Below, one piece after another: positions 10,319 through 19,929 of a DNA stretch of 64,000 bases; positions within the stretch are counted from its first letter, which is position 1; every line of letters starts with the position of its first letter. A program made the position numbers and the translations under genes. The stretch is from an uncultured archaeon (lineage in GTDB: Archaea; Iainarchaeota; Iainarchaeia; Iainarchaeales; CSSED10-239). The DNA lies in NCBI GenBank assembly GCA_964586355.1, contig CAZPGO010000011.1, forward strand, positions 6,634-70,633. Direction: 5' to 3'. A model generated the notes under the pieces. That model had not been told where the DNA came from and did not search any database. It saw only the letters and a program-made list of their open reading frames with translations.

Positions 10319-11518
10319 CTAATTTTTTTTATTTGGAAGTATTGCATTTAATATTACTCCAACAACACTACTAAGAGCAACACTTCCAAGACTAAAGGTG
10401 CCTCCAAAATTTATTATAGCCCCTCCAACTCCTAGAATTAACATTACAGATATTATTACCATATTTTTTGTTTTGTTAAGATCTACTTTTGAATCAATAA
10501 TTGTTTTTATTCCAACAATAGTTATCATTCCAAATAAAAGAATCATAATACCTCCAAGAACAGCTTCTGGTATTGTTCTTAAAAAACCACTCATTTTTCC
10601 AATAAAGGATAATATTACCGCAGTAATTGCTGCAATTCTAAGGATCATAGGGTCTGTTATTTTTGTAAGAGTTATTGCACCAGTAACCTCTGAATATGTT
10701 GTAACTGGTGTTCCTCCAAACATACCTGAAAAAAAAGTAGCACACCCATCACCAAGTAAAGTTCTTTTTATTCCTGGATTTTTTACAAAATCTTTTTTTG
10801 CAACTTTGGAAATTGCATAAATATCCCCAATATGCTCAATTATTGGTGCTATTGCAACTGGTACTAAAAATAAAATAGCTGATAGATTAAATACTGGTGC
10901 ACTAAATGCTGGTAATGAAAACCAAGGTGCGTTTATTATTGGAGAAAAATCTATTTTATTTAAAATAATTGCTGTTAAATATCCTGCAATAATTCCAAAA
11001 AGGACAGGCAGTAATTTTATTGTTTTTTTACCAAAGATAGTTACAAAGATCGCAGTCATTAAAGAAATACCAGCAAGAACCCAATTACTACTTGCCATTT
11101 CAACTCCAACTCCTGCAAGTGCTAAGCCTATGATCATAATTACTGGCCCTATTACTATTGATGGAAATATTTTTTGAATAAATTCTATTCCTTTTTGTCT
11201 TACAATTAATGAGACCAACATATATGTAACACCAACACCCATAATCCCACAAAGAGCTCCAGAATATCCATAAAGTTCTATGGCTTTAATAACTGGAGCA
11301 ATAAAAACAAATGAACTTCCTAAAAATATAGGAACTTTTTTTTTTGTAATCATATGAAATATTAAAGTACCACACCCCGCAGTAAATAATGCGATTGATG
11401 GATCTATACCAACTAATAATGGCACTAATACGACAGCTCCAAAAGCCACACAAAGCATCTGTATTCCAAGAATTATTTTTTTAAAAAGAGATATGTTTTT
11501 TAGATCTTCAGTTTTCAT
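10319..11518 (-). CDS. uraA: uracil/xanthine permease (NCS2 family)
   Basis: About 12 TM helices with NCS2-like segments (LGSSFVFIAP, TTYSEVTGAITLTK). Confidence 0.8.
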   Translation of the reverse strand: MKTEDLKNISLFKKIILGIQMLCVAFGAVVLVPLLVGIDPSIALFTAGCGTLIFHMITKKKVPIFLGSSFVFIAPVIKAIELYGYSGALCGIMGVGVTYMLVSLIVRQKGIEFIQKIFPSIVIGPVIMIIGLALAGVGVEMASSNWVLAGISLMTAIFVTIFGKKTIKLLPVLFGIIAGYLTAIILNKIDFSPIINAPWFSLPAFSAPVFNLSAILFLVPVAIAPIIEHIGDIYAISKVAKKDFVKNPGIKRTLLGDGCATFFSGMFGGTPVTTYSEVTGAITLTKITDPMILRIAAITAVILSFIGKMSGFLRTIPEAVLGGIMILLFGMITIVGIKTIIDSKVDLNKTKNMVIISVMLILGVGGAIINFGGTFSLGSVALSSVVGVILNAILPNKKN

Positions 11519-11606
11519 AAATTAAAGTGTCTTTAAAAGAGTATATAAATATAATTGTTTTTAATATATATTATTTAACATAATAAAAAAAAGAGGATTT
11601 GATAAA

Positions 11607-11822
11607 ATGCCACCTAAGATACTAAAAACAGTAAAACTAAAAACAGCATCAAAAAAACCAATTGTTAGAGAAAAAAGAAAAGAAAATACATCGCCTAATC
11701 TACGAGGAGTTTCTGTAGAAGATGTTGAAAATTTTTTAAAAGAGAGAAACCGTCGTTTTTCAATTCAAAGAAAAAGATCTGAGATTACAGATTCTAAAAA
11801 AAGACAAAAGCAAAAATATTAA
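11607..11822 (+). CDS. small lysine-rich hypothetical protein
   Basis: 71 aa, begins MPPK, very basic. No family recognised. Confidence 0.3.
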   Translation: MPPKILKTVKLKTASKKPIVREKRKENTSPNLRGVSVEDVENFLKERNRRFSIQRKRSEITDSKKRQKQKY

Positions 11823-12136
11823 TTTATTTTTGTTTTTTTAGAAATTTTAAAAAATTATAATCTATATATTATTAAAAAGAAAAAAATGAAGTCTGATATG
11901 CCTTTAAGATTAACCCCAAAAAAATGAGTAGAATAAAAAAAAGTATAATGGTAAAAAAAAAGTGTCACAAATAATTCTAAAATAGCATTAAAAGGCATGA
12001 TCCTTGAAGATGTAACTAAATTAATATTAGAACAGAAAAAAACATTAGATTCAGAAAAAAATGTTTTATTATTTCCAAAACAAAGAATAAAAAAAAGATA
12101 AATTATATTTTATATTTTTCTAAAACATGATTAAAT

Positions 12137-13318
12137 ATGAACATATTAGTAATTAATGCAGGCAGCAGTTCTTTAAAATTTCAATATATTAATCCCATCT
12201 CTCAAGATGTTTTAATTAAAGGACTTTATGATGGTCTAAATAGAAAAGATCACAAAGTAAAATTAAAACTTACAATAAAGGATTCCAAAGAAACAGAAGA
12301 AAAAACAATTAAAAACCATTCAGCTATCGTTGATGATCTTTTATCAAAGTTAATTGAAAAAAAAATAATCTCAGACTTTTCAGAAATAAAATACATTGGA
12401 CACAGAGTTGTTCATGGAGCAGAAGATTATTCCCAGACAACAGAGATAACAGATTCTATGTTAAGACATCTAAAAGCAATTTCTTTTTTAGCACCTTTAC
12501 ATAATCCAGTAAATATTGAATATATAGAGATCTTAAAAGAAAAATTAAAAGATGCAAAACAATTTGCTGTATTTGACACCGCTTTTCATCAAACAATCCC
12601 TCCGGAAATCTATCTTTATGGTCTTCCAAAAGAGTTATATGATAAATATAAGATAAGAAAATATGGTTTTCATGGAATTAGTCATAAATATGTGTCCTAT
12701 AAAGCAAGCGAATTATTAAATAAAGATTATAATTTATTAAAAATAGTTAATTGTCATTTAGGAAATGGTCAAAGCATTTGTGCTATTTTAAATGGAAAAA
12801 GTTTTGATACTTCTATGGGCTTTACTCCTTTAGATGGGCTTCCTATGGGTACTAGAAGTGGAAGCTTTGATCCTGAAATTATTCTTTTTCTTTTAGAGCG
12901 TGGTTATTCTAAAGAACAAATAAAAACTTTAATAAACAAGGAATCAGGGCTAGTAGGTATTAGTCAGATAAGTGCAGATCACAGAAAAATTGAAGAGTTA
13001 TCTATGGCTGGAGAGGTTAATGCAAAACTAGCTAATGATATTTTAGTTAAAAGAATAGTCTCTCTTATAGGAAGTTATATTGCAGAAATGAATGGTGTCG
13101 ATGTTATTGTTTTTACAGGAGGTATTGGAGAAAAATCTGCATATTTGAGAAAATTAGTTTTAGATCATTTTAATTATCTAGAATTATTTTGTGATGATGA
13201 ACCAAATTCTGCTCATGAAACAATAATTTCAAAACCAAATAGTAAAGTTAAAGTTATGGTAATTCCAACTAATGAAGAATTACAGATCGCAAAAGAGGTT
13301 TATGATATTATAAAATAG
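12137..13318 (+). CDS. ackA: acetate kinase
   Basis: N-terminal ILVINAGSSSLKF, plus HRVVHGA, FDTAFHQT, YGFHGISH, GGIGE. Confidence 0.9.
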   Translation: MNILVINAGSSSLKFQYINPISQDVLIKGLYDGLNRKDHKVKLKLTIKDSKETEEKTIKNHSAIVDDLLSKLIEKKIISDFSEIKYIGHRVVHGAEDYSQTTEITDSMLRHLKAISFLAPLHNPVNIEYIEILKEKLKDAKQFAVFDTAFHQTIPPEIYLYGLPKELYDKYKIRKYGFHGISHKYVSYKASELLNKDYNLLKIVNCHLGNGQSICAILNGKSFDTSMGFTPLDGLPMGTRSGSFDPEIILFLLERGYSKEQIKTLINKESGLVGISQISADHRKIEELSMAGEVNAKLANDILVKRIVSLIGSYIAEMNGVDVIVFTGGIGEKSAYLRKLVLDHFNYLELFCDDEPNSAHETIISKPNSKVKVMVIPTNEELQIAKEVYDIIK

Positions 13319-15367
13319 TTATTTACTAAGTTCTTCTTGTCTTAGTAAACTATTCCATTTATTATCAATATCTTCTTGAATAGATCTCAAAACCTCTTTA
13401 TTTTTTTCCTTTAATACTTCTTTAAACTTTGTTTGTGTTTTTAAAAATTCTTCAATAGATATTCTGTTTTTTGGTTTATAGTTAATAGTTAATTTTCCAT
13501 CCTCATATTCATAAAGAGGCCAGAAATTACTTTCTGTTGCAAGTTTACTGATAGCAATTGTTTGTGATGGATCTGCTTTCATATTTGTTGGACACGCAGC
13601 ATATGCAATTAGAACTGCTGGGCCTTTTTTTTCAAAGGCTTTTTTTGCTTTGTTATACATATCTATTTGGTTATAAGGATTTACTTGAGCAACATAAGGG
13701 ATATTGTGAGCAATTGCTATTTGGGTTAGATCTTTATTATACTCTATTTTACCATAAGAATTTACTCCAGATGGAGTTGTACTTGTTGATGCTCCTTTTG
13801 GTGTGGCTGATGATCTTTGATTCCCGGTATTATGAACTACAATTCCATCTGCAATAAAATTATGTTCTCCTTCAACTCTTAAATCAAAAGTTTTTTCTTT
13901 GCCAATTTCTTTAATGTTTTTTATAATTTCAGTATCAAAATTTTTATTTCCAATTAAAAAGTTTTGGTATTTATATTGAGTAGGATATTTTTCAATATTC
14001 CAAGGATATTTTTTACTAAAACATATGCTATAATATTTACTATCTTTTAATAACGGACGATAAACCACAAATGTGCCTTTTTCTCTTTTTTGAATTGTTA
14101 TTTTTCCAACTCTGTAATCTAATGTTTGTAATAATAATCTTAATCTTAAAATAAGTTCTTTACTTGCCGAAAGATATCTACAACTGTCTTTTTTTTTTTT
14201 TTTATAAATATACCCATCAGATAATAATAATCCTTCAATAAACGCTTCTTTTTGATCGTCAGGAATTGTATAGACCCAAGACGGAATTATTTTGTTTTTT
14301 GCACCGTGTTTAAATCCTAATGATTCAATAAATTTAGCAATATTTACTGAATATAGGTAAATATATATTTTATCTGTTTTTATTTGTTTTAATTTAAATA
14401 TTTTTTCACATGCTTTGATACATTTATCCCTACCAACTGTGCCTTCTGGTAATGCAAATCCAATTTCTCCTTTTTCTGTTCTAGACCAACCATCGCCAAT
14501 ATAAAGTCCTAAAAATAGCATTAAATCTTTGGTTGATTTTATAGGTATTTTAACATTATTTATACAATTAACTTTGTAATCTCCTTTTTTTACAAGTTTT
14601 ATTTTTTCAAAAGTAAAAGCTTTTTTCCCTTCTAATTTTTTTAAAGTAATAACTTGATCTCCTTTTTTTAATTCCGTAAGTGTTTTCCAAAATAATGTGT
14701 TTGGTTTGCCTCTAGGCTTTTTATCAACAATTAAAAAAGGATGATTTCCTGTTGCTTTAATATTGTGGTGAAATGTTTCAATTTCATACACTTTTTTAAC
14801 GCCATTATTAAAAACGCCACTACAGTTTTTAAGAACCAATTTATGAGTTTTTTGATCAAAAGCATAAACTTTTTCACCTACAATAATTTCTGAAACTTTT
14901 TTTAATCCATTTTCTGTATAAATTAATGAATCTTTGCTTAAACAATTCATATACCCTTCGTTTGTGTAACAAAGATAAACAAAATTATGTCCCCTCTCCA
15001 GAGCTCCAGACAATGCGGATAAGCCAATATCAAATGATCCGCCGTCTCCTGCAATTACCAAAAAATTTATGTCTTTTTTTATTTTCCCTTTTTTCTTTAA
15101 TGCCAAATAAGCCTTTTCCACTCCAGAAATTGTTGCAGCAGAATTTGCAAATGCAGAATGAATCCAAGGCATATTCCAAGAAGTTTGTGGGTAGATTGTT
15201 GTTGTTACTTCTGCACATGATGTTGCACTCGAAACAACAACAGGATCATCACTAGCACTAGCAACAGTTCTAGAGATTATTCCTATAGGGCACCCTGAGC
15301 AGGTTCTATGTCCTGACACCATCACATTTTTTTTTTCTATTCTTTCTGCAAGTTCTTTTATATTCAT
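13319..15367 (-). CDS. porB: pyruvate/2-oxoacid:ferredoxin oxidoreductase beta (TPP-binding) subunit, interrupted by an intein
   Basis: Exteins carry GHRTCSGC and the TPP motif GDGG...NEGYMN|TGNQRSSATP. The ORF is 682 aa, versus roughly 300 aa for typical PorB. Confidence 0.9.
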   Translation of the reverse strand: MNIKELAERIEKKNVMVSGHRTCSGCPIGIISRTVASASDDPVVVSSATSCAEVTTTIYPQTSWNMPWIHSAFANSAATISGVEKAYLALKKKGKIKKDINFLVIAGDGGSFDIGLSALSGALERGHNFVYLCYTNEGYMNCLSKDSLIYTENGLKKVSEIIVGEKVYAFDQKTHKLVLKNCSGVFNNGVKKVYEIETFHHNIKATGNHPFLIVDKKPRGKPNTLFWKTLTELKKGDQVITLKKLEGKKAFTFEKIKLVKKGDYKVNCINNVKIPIKSTKDLMLFLGLYIGDGWSRTEKGEIGFALPEGTVGRDKCIKACEKIFKLKQIKTDKIYIYLYSVNIAKFIESLGFKHGAKNKIIPSWVYTIPDDQKEAFIEGLLLSDGYIYKKKKKDSCRYLSASKELILRLRLLLQTLDYRVGKITIQKREKGTFVVYRPLLKDSKYYSICFSKKYPWNIEKYPTQYKYQNFLIGNKNFDTEIIKNIKEIGKEKTFDLRVEGEHNFIADGIVVHNTGNQRSSATPKGASTSTTPSGVNSYGKIEYNKDLTQIAIAHNIPYVAQVNPYNQIDMYNKAKKAFEKKGPAVLIAYAACPTNMKADPSQTIAISKLATESNFWPLYEYEDGKLTINYKPKNRISIEEFLKTQTKFKEVLKEKNKEVLRSIQEDIDNKWNSLLRQEELSK
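13829..14944 (-). mobile_element. intein with LAGLIDADG homing-endonuclease domain (residues 142-513 of PorB)
   Basis: Starts with Cys (CLSKDSLIY). Block B is ATGNHPF. LAGLIDADG motifs are LFLGLYIGDGW and FIEGLLLSDGYI. Block F is FDLRVEGEHNFIA. Ends VVHN, followed by Thr. Confidence 0.85.
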
Positions 15368-15373
15368 AAATAA

Positions 15374-16540
15374 TCATTCTTTTATTCCAACATATCTTTT
15401 TTCTTTTGGTTTATTATCTATTACAGAGACTAAAAGGTCTTCAATATTTTTTTGAGTAATCTCCCGTCCACCAAGACCAAAAACATAAGATCTTATTTTT
15501 GGTTTGTTTTTTAGATGGTTATAAGCAGTTAATAAAATATCCTTGTAGATTGGAGAATTAGATCCTGGACCTTCACTTCTTTCAAGTACAACAATATTTT
15601 CTGCATTTTCTAAAGCTTTAGAATATTCTTCATATAAAAATGGTCTGTAAAGTATTGGTCTTAATAGTCCTACAGATCTATTTTCTTTTCTTAATTTATC
15701 TATAACATCTTTGCTACTCTCAGCAGTTGAGCTTAAAGTAATTAATACCGTTTTAGATTCTTTTGCATAATACTCTTCATAAAAATTAATCTCTTTATCA
15801 AATATTTCTTTAAACTCTTTAGAGATCTTTTGGTAATTTTCTTTAACTTTTAAAAAAGCATCAAACATTCCTTTTCTTATTTCAAAGTAACTATCCTGAA
15901 GTGCAAGTGCTCCAACTGTTATTGGATTATCTGTGTCTAACAAACTATAGCTAGGAGAAAACTCTCCAATAAATTTTTTAACCAAAATATCATCATATGT
16001 GTCAAGATTTTCAAGATTGTGACTTGTAAAAAAACCATCAATACAAACCATTATTGGTAAATAAACAGATTCTGCTAGTCTTAAACCAAATAATGTCATA
16101 TCATAAGCTTCTTGAGCATTTTGGCAATAAACTTGCATCCATCCTTGATCTATTGCTGACATGCTATCTGAATGATCACAATGTATGTTAATTGGTGCGG
16201 ATATTGCTCTGTTTGCTACAGGCATAACAATTGGTAATCTTAGACCAGACGCAATTCCTAATGCTTCAAACATATAGAGTAATCCTTGAGAAGCTGTTGC
16301 TGTTACTGCTCTAGATCCTGCAGCTGATGCACCGATAGCTGCTGATAATGCTGAGTGCTCTGATTCTGTTCTTATAATTTCTGTATTAACTAATCCGTTT
16401 GCCTGATATTTTGAAAAGGTTTCTATTATTGGTGTTTGTGGTGTTATAGGATACATTGGAAATACATCAGGATCTATTTGTTTTAGAGCATAAGCTATTG
16501 CTTCTCCGCCTGTCATTGCTGTTTTATTTTTTTTACTCAT
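15374..16540 (-). CDS. porA: pyruvate/2-oxoacid:ferredoxin oxidoreductase alpha subunit
   Basis: 388 aa with YPITPQT and SEHSA motifs. Operon order is porG-porD-porA-porB. Confidence 0.9.
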   Translation of the reverse strand: MSKKNKTAMTGGEAIAYALKQIDPDVFPMYPITPQTPIIETFSKYQANGLVNTEIIRTESEHSALSAAIGASAAGSRAVTATASQGLLYMFEALGIASGLRLPIVMPVANRAISAPINIHCDHSDSMSAIDQGWMQVYCQNAQEAYDMTLFGLRLAESVYLPIMVCIDGFFTSHNLENLDTYDDILVKKFIGEFSPSYSLLDTDNPITVGALALQDSYFEIRKGMFDAFLKVKENYQKISKEFKEIFDKEINFYEEYYAKESKTVLITLSSTAESSKDVIDKLRKENRSVGLLRPILYRPFLYEEYSKALENAENIVVLERSEGPGSNSPIYKDILLTAYNHLKNKPKIRSYVFGLGGREITQKNIEDLLVSVIDNKPKEKRYVGIKE

Positions 16541-16817
16541 CTTCTTCCTCTTTAACCATTTTTATTGCTTTAACAGGGCAAATATTTGCACATATTCCAC
16601 AACCTTTACAATAATCTAATTTTGTTTTGTCTCTTTTAATATTTCCATCTTTGTCTTTTTTAAACATTATTGCTTTTTCTGGGCAAGCATTATAACAAAG
16701 CATACAATGAATACATTTTTTTTCATCCCAAACAGGTTTTTGTGATCTCCAAGATCCTGTTTTGTTTTCTAATGATGTTTTTGCTGGTAATACTCCTGCA
16801 ATTTTTTTAGATTTCAT
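16533..16817 (-). CDS. porD: pyruvate:ferredoxin oxidoreductase delta subunit (2x[4Fe-4S] ferredoxin)
   Basis: Two Cys clusters, CIHCMLCYNACP and CKGCGICANICP. Confidence 0.85.
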   Translation of the reverse strand: MKSKKIAGVLPAKTSLENKTGSWRSQKPVWDEKKCIHCMLCYNACPEKAIMFKKDKDGNIKRDKTKLDYCKGCGICANICPVKAIKMVKEEEDE

Positions 16818-16832
16818 GTTTTTTTCCTATTT

Positions 16833-17375
16833 TTAATAATTATAACCTTTTTCTAGGCATTTTATATTTGGTTCTATAACTTCCAACTTGCCTTTTTTTT
16901 CAAACTCTTTTTTTATAATGTTTTTTACTGAGTCTAATGTCACTATGTTTGTTATTTTTATTAATACTCCAATTAGCACCGTGCTAGGATTATTAATTTT
17001 AATCAGTTCTTGAGAGATGCTAGATCCATCAATAGTATAGATCTCTTTATTTTTTAGATCTTTAAAATTTTCTTTTTGTTTAGTGGTGTTAATAATGTAT
17101 GTTGAATCAAAATCTTTTAATGTAGAAATATTATTAAATAATTTATCATCTAAAACCATAACTACATCAGGATTAGAGATCGGCTCATGTATTCTTATTG
17201 GTTTATCTGATATTCTTACAAAAGATCTAACAGGAGCACCTCTTCTCTCTGGCCCATATTCAGGGAATGCTTGAATGTATTTTCCATCAATTAAAGCCGA
17301 TTCTGCAATTAGTTGTGCACAAGTTTTTGCTCCTTGTCCCCCTCTACCATAAACGATTATTTCAAAGTCTTTCAT
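16833..17375 (-). CDS. porG: pyruvate:ferredoxin oxidoreductase gamma subunit
   Basis: FEIIVYGRGGQGAKT, PEYGPERRGAP; 180 aa. Confidence 0.85.
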   Translation of the reverse strand: MKDFEIIVYGRGGQGAKTCAQLIAESALIDGKYIQAFPEYGPERRGAPVRSFVRISDKPIRIHEPISNPDVVMVLDDKLFNNISTLKDFDSTYIINTTKQKENFKDLKNKEIYTIDGSSISQELIKINNPSTVLIGVLIKITNIVTLDSVKNIIKKEFEKKGKLEVIEPNIKCLEKGYNY

Positions 17376-17491
17376 GTTTCTTCTCTTTTTTTTATAAATT
17401 AGTATTTATAATATATTATAAAAGGTTTTATATATTTATTTAATAACAAATAATATAACCAACAAACTATTTTAAAGCTTGTGAAACAAAC

Positions 17492-18823
17492 ATGAAAGAT
17501 CTAAACAAATTTTTTAATCCAAAAAGTATTGCAATAATTGGTGCTTCTGAAAAAGAAGGGTCTGTTGGAAGAACAGTTGTTAAAAATTTAGAATATTTTT
17601 CTGGAAATAAATTTTATGTTAATCCAGGACACGATAAAATTTTTAATAAAAAAGCTTACAAATCAATAATAGAGATAAAAGATGTAGATCTTGCAATTGT
17701 TGTAACCCCTGCAAAAGCAGTTTTATCAGTTATTCACGAAATTTCAAAAACCAATTGTAAGAACATCTTAATGATTACTGCTGGTTTTGATGAGATTGGA
17801 AATAGTAATTTGTCTTTAGAGATAAAAAAAATTTTAGATAAAAATAGAATAAATCTTATTGGTCCAAATTGTTTAGGAATACTAAATCTAGAAAATAACT
17901 TAGATGCAACTTTTAATTCTAGAGAAAAAATAGATCTTCCAAAACCAGGCAATGTTTCAATAATCTCTCAATCTGGGGCACTAGGTGTTGCTTTACTTGA
18001 TCTTTCTAGTTATGAGAATCTAAATATTAACAAATTTATTTCATATGGTAATGCCTTAGATGTTGATGAGTCAGATCTTTTGGAATTTCTTGGACAAGAT
18101 AAAAAAACAGATGTTATTCTTTGTTATATTGAAGGAATTAAAGATGGAAATAAGTTTTTAAGAGTTTTAAAAAACATAACAAAAACAAAAAAAGTAATTA
18201 TTCTTAAGGGCGGAGTAAGTCAAAAAGGAACAACAGCAGTAAAAAGTCACACAGCTGCAATTGCAGGATCTAGTGAAGTTTTCTTTTCAGCTATTGATCA
18301 GTTTGGAGCGTATTCTGTTGATTCTATAAAAGATCTTTTTAATCTTGCAAAAGTTTTTTCAAAATATAAAAACCAAGAAATAAAAAATATTCAAATAATT
18401 ACTAATGGCGGTGGTTTTGGTGTTTTGACTACTGATCAATTAGATCTAAATAATATTTCTCTTTCTTCTCTAGGTGTTGAAACCATAAAAAAAATAAAAA
18501 AAATAGTTCCAGAATATGCAGTAATAAGAAATCCAATTGATTTAACTGGAGATGCTGATAATAAAAGATTTATTAATACCATTAAATTTTGTTTAGAGGA
18601 CAAATCTGTTTCAGCAATTGCTCTTTTAATATTATTTCAATTGCCAGCAATTGATGAATCCATTATTACAGATCTAAAAAAACTTAATTCAAAAAAACCT
18701 ATTTTTGTTCTTGCAATTGGTGGTAAGAAAACAAAAGATATAATTTATAAAATAGAACAAAATGGATTTGTTTGTTTTAGTGACCCAAAAGAGCTTGCAA
18801 GAACTTTATCAATAATACCATAA
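17492..18823 (+). CDS. acdA: ADP-forming acetyl-CoA synthetase (ACD) alpha subunit / CoA-binding succinyl-CoA-synthetase-like protein
   Basis: FNPKSIAIIGAS CoA-binding N-terminus, ISQSGALG, and the phosphohistidine motif SHTAAIAGS. No ATP-grasp beta subunit adjacent. Confidence 0.8.
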   Translation: MKDLNKFFNPKSIAIIGASEKEGSVGRTVVKNLEYFSGNKFYVNPGHDKIFNKKAYKSIIEIKDVDLAIVVTPAKAVLSVIHEISKTNCKNILMITAGFDEIGNSNLSLEIKKILDKNRINLIGPNCLGILNLENNLDATFNSREKIDLPKPGNVSIISQSGALGVALLDLSSYENLNINKFISYGNALDVDESDLLEFLGQDKKTDVILCYIEGIKDGNKFLRVLKNITKTKKVIILKGGVSQKGTTAVKSHTAAIAGSSEVFFSAIDQFGAYSVDSIKDLFNLAKVFSKYKNQEIKNIQIITNGGGFGVLTTDQLDLNNISLSSLGVETIKKIKKIVPEYAVIRNPIDLTGDADNKRFINTIKFCLEDKSVSAIALLILFQLPAIDESIITDLKKLNSKKPIFVLAIGGKKTKDIIYKIEQNGFVCFSDPKELARTLSIIP

Positions 18824-18831
18824 AGATTTTT

Positions 18832-19275
18832 ATGTTAAGAATATTTAAACCAAAAAGAAAAAAGAAAAAAATAATTAATCCAGAATACTCTAACAAAAGA
18901 TATCTTGGTCCAAATAATTTACACCCAAAAGATATACCTACTCAGTTTATTTCTGGTAAGCAAGGTATAGTTTTAGAAAAGGGTACAAAAATAAAAAAAG
19001 TAATTAATCCAGAGATCGATTCAAATTATTCTACAATAGTAACAGCAAAAAAAAGTATAGCAATTCCAGCTTATGAAAGAAAAGAGGGTTTTTTTCCTGG
19101 TGGACCTATAAAAAAACTAGTTAATAGCTTAGTTAATAAAATAAATAAACTTCATAAAAAACAACAGCTTTATGGCTTAACAAAAGTAGAAAAAATAAGA
19201 TTAGGTCAATATCAGGCACAATTAAGAAACATTGTTGCTACTAGAGAGGGTACAAAAATAAAAAGAATAAATTAA
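18832..19275 (+). CDS. lysine-rich hypothetical protein
   Basis: 147 aa, basic, no recognised domains. Confidence 0.3.
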   Translation: MLRIFKPKRKKKKIINPEYSNKRYLGPNNLHPKDIPTQFISGKQGIVLEKGTKIKKVINPEIDSNYSTIVTAKKSIAIPAYERKEGFFPGGPIKKLVNSLVNKINKLHKKQQLYGLTKVEKIRLGQYQAQLRNIVATREGTKIKRIN

Positions 19276-19926
19276 TTATTTGTTTTTAGATTTTATGGCT
19301 TTATCTCTTTCTTTAAGTTTTTTATTAATTTCTAAAATCAATTCTTTTTTTGGAATACCATAGTTATCACAAACCTCTCCAATCTCTAAAGAATCAATTT
19401 CTAATTTTGCCATAGGGCAAGAAAGACAAGGTACATTATATTTTTCTAAAATTTTTTCCATGCCTTTTAATTTAATTATTTTTCCAAGTTTTGTGTGTTC
19501 ATCAACTTTCATTAAATCACCTACCTTGTTTTTTTCTAAATAATTTTTAATAGCTAAATGTAAGGCATCTGCAGATAGATTAGAACAGTGCATTTTTACT
19601 GGTGGTAAGCCATCAAGTTCTTTTGCAACATCTGTTCTTGTTATTTTTAAGGCTTCTTCAAGAGTTTTTCCTTTAGCAAGATCAGTAATCATTGATGATG
19701 TTGCAATAGCAGCAGCACAACCAAGTGTTTTAAACTTAATATCTGTTATTATTTCTTTTTTTGTCTTTGGATCTTTTTTAACATTAATATAAATTCTCAT
19801 AATATCCCCACATTTTAATCCTCCAACTTCTCCAAAAGAATCAGCTTTTTTAAGCTCTCCAAGGTTATGTGGTTTTAAGAAATGATCCATAACTTTTTTT
19901 GAATATTTTTCCATATGTTTTTTCAC
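19276..19926 (-). CDS. NifU/IscU-type Fe-S scaffold fused to a DUF1858-like C-terminal domain
   Basis: Scaffold cysteines (GGLKCGD, LGCAAAIA, HCSNL). The C-terminus PCLSCPMAKLEIDSLEIGEVCDNYGI resembles DUF1858. Confidence 0.75.
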   Translation of the reverse strand: MKKHMEKYSKKVMDHFLKPHNLGELKKADSFGEVGGLKCGDIMRIYINVKKDPKTKKEIITDIKFKTLGCAAAIATSSMITDLAKGKTLEEALKITRTDVAKELDGLPPVKMHCSNLSADALHLAIKNYLEKNKVGDLMKVDEHTKLGKIIKLKGMEKILEKYNVPCLSCPMAKLEIDSLEIGEVCDNYGIPKKELILEINKKLKERDKAIKSKNK

Positions 19927-19929
19927 ATT

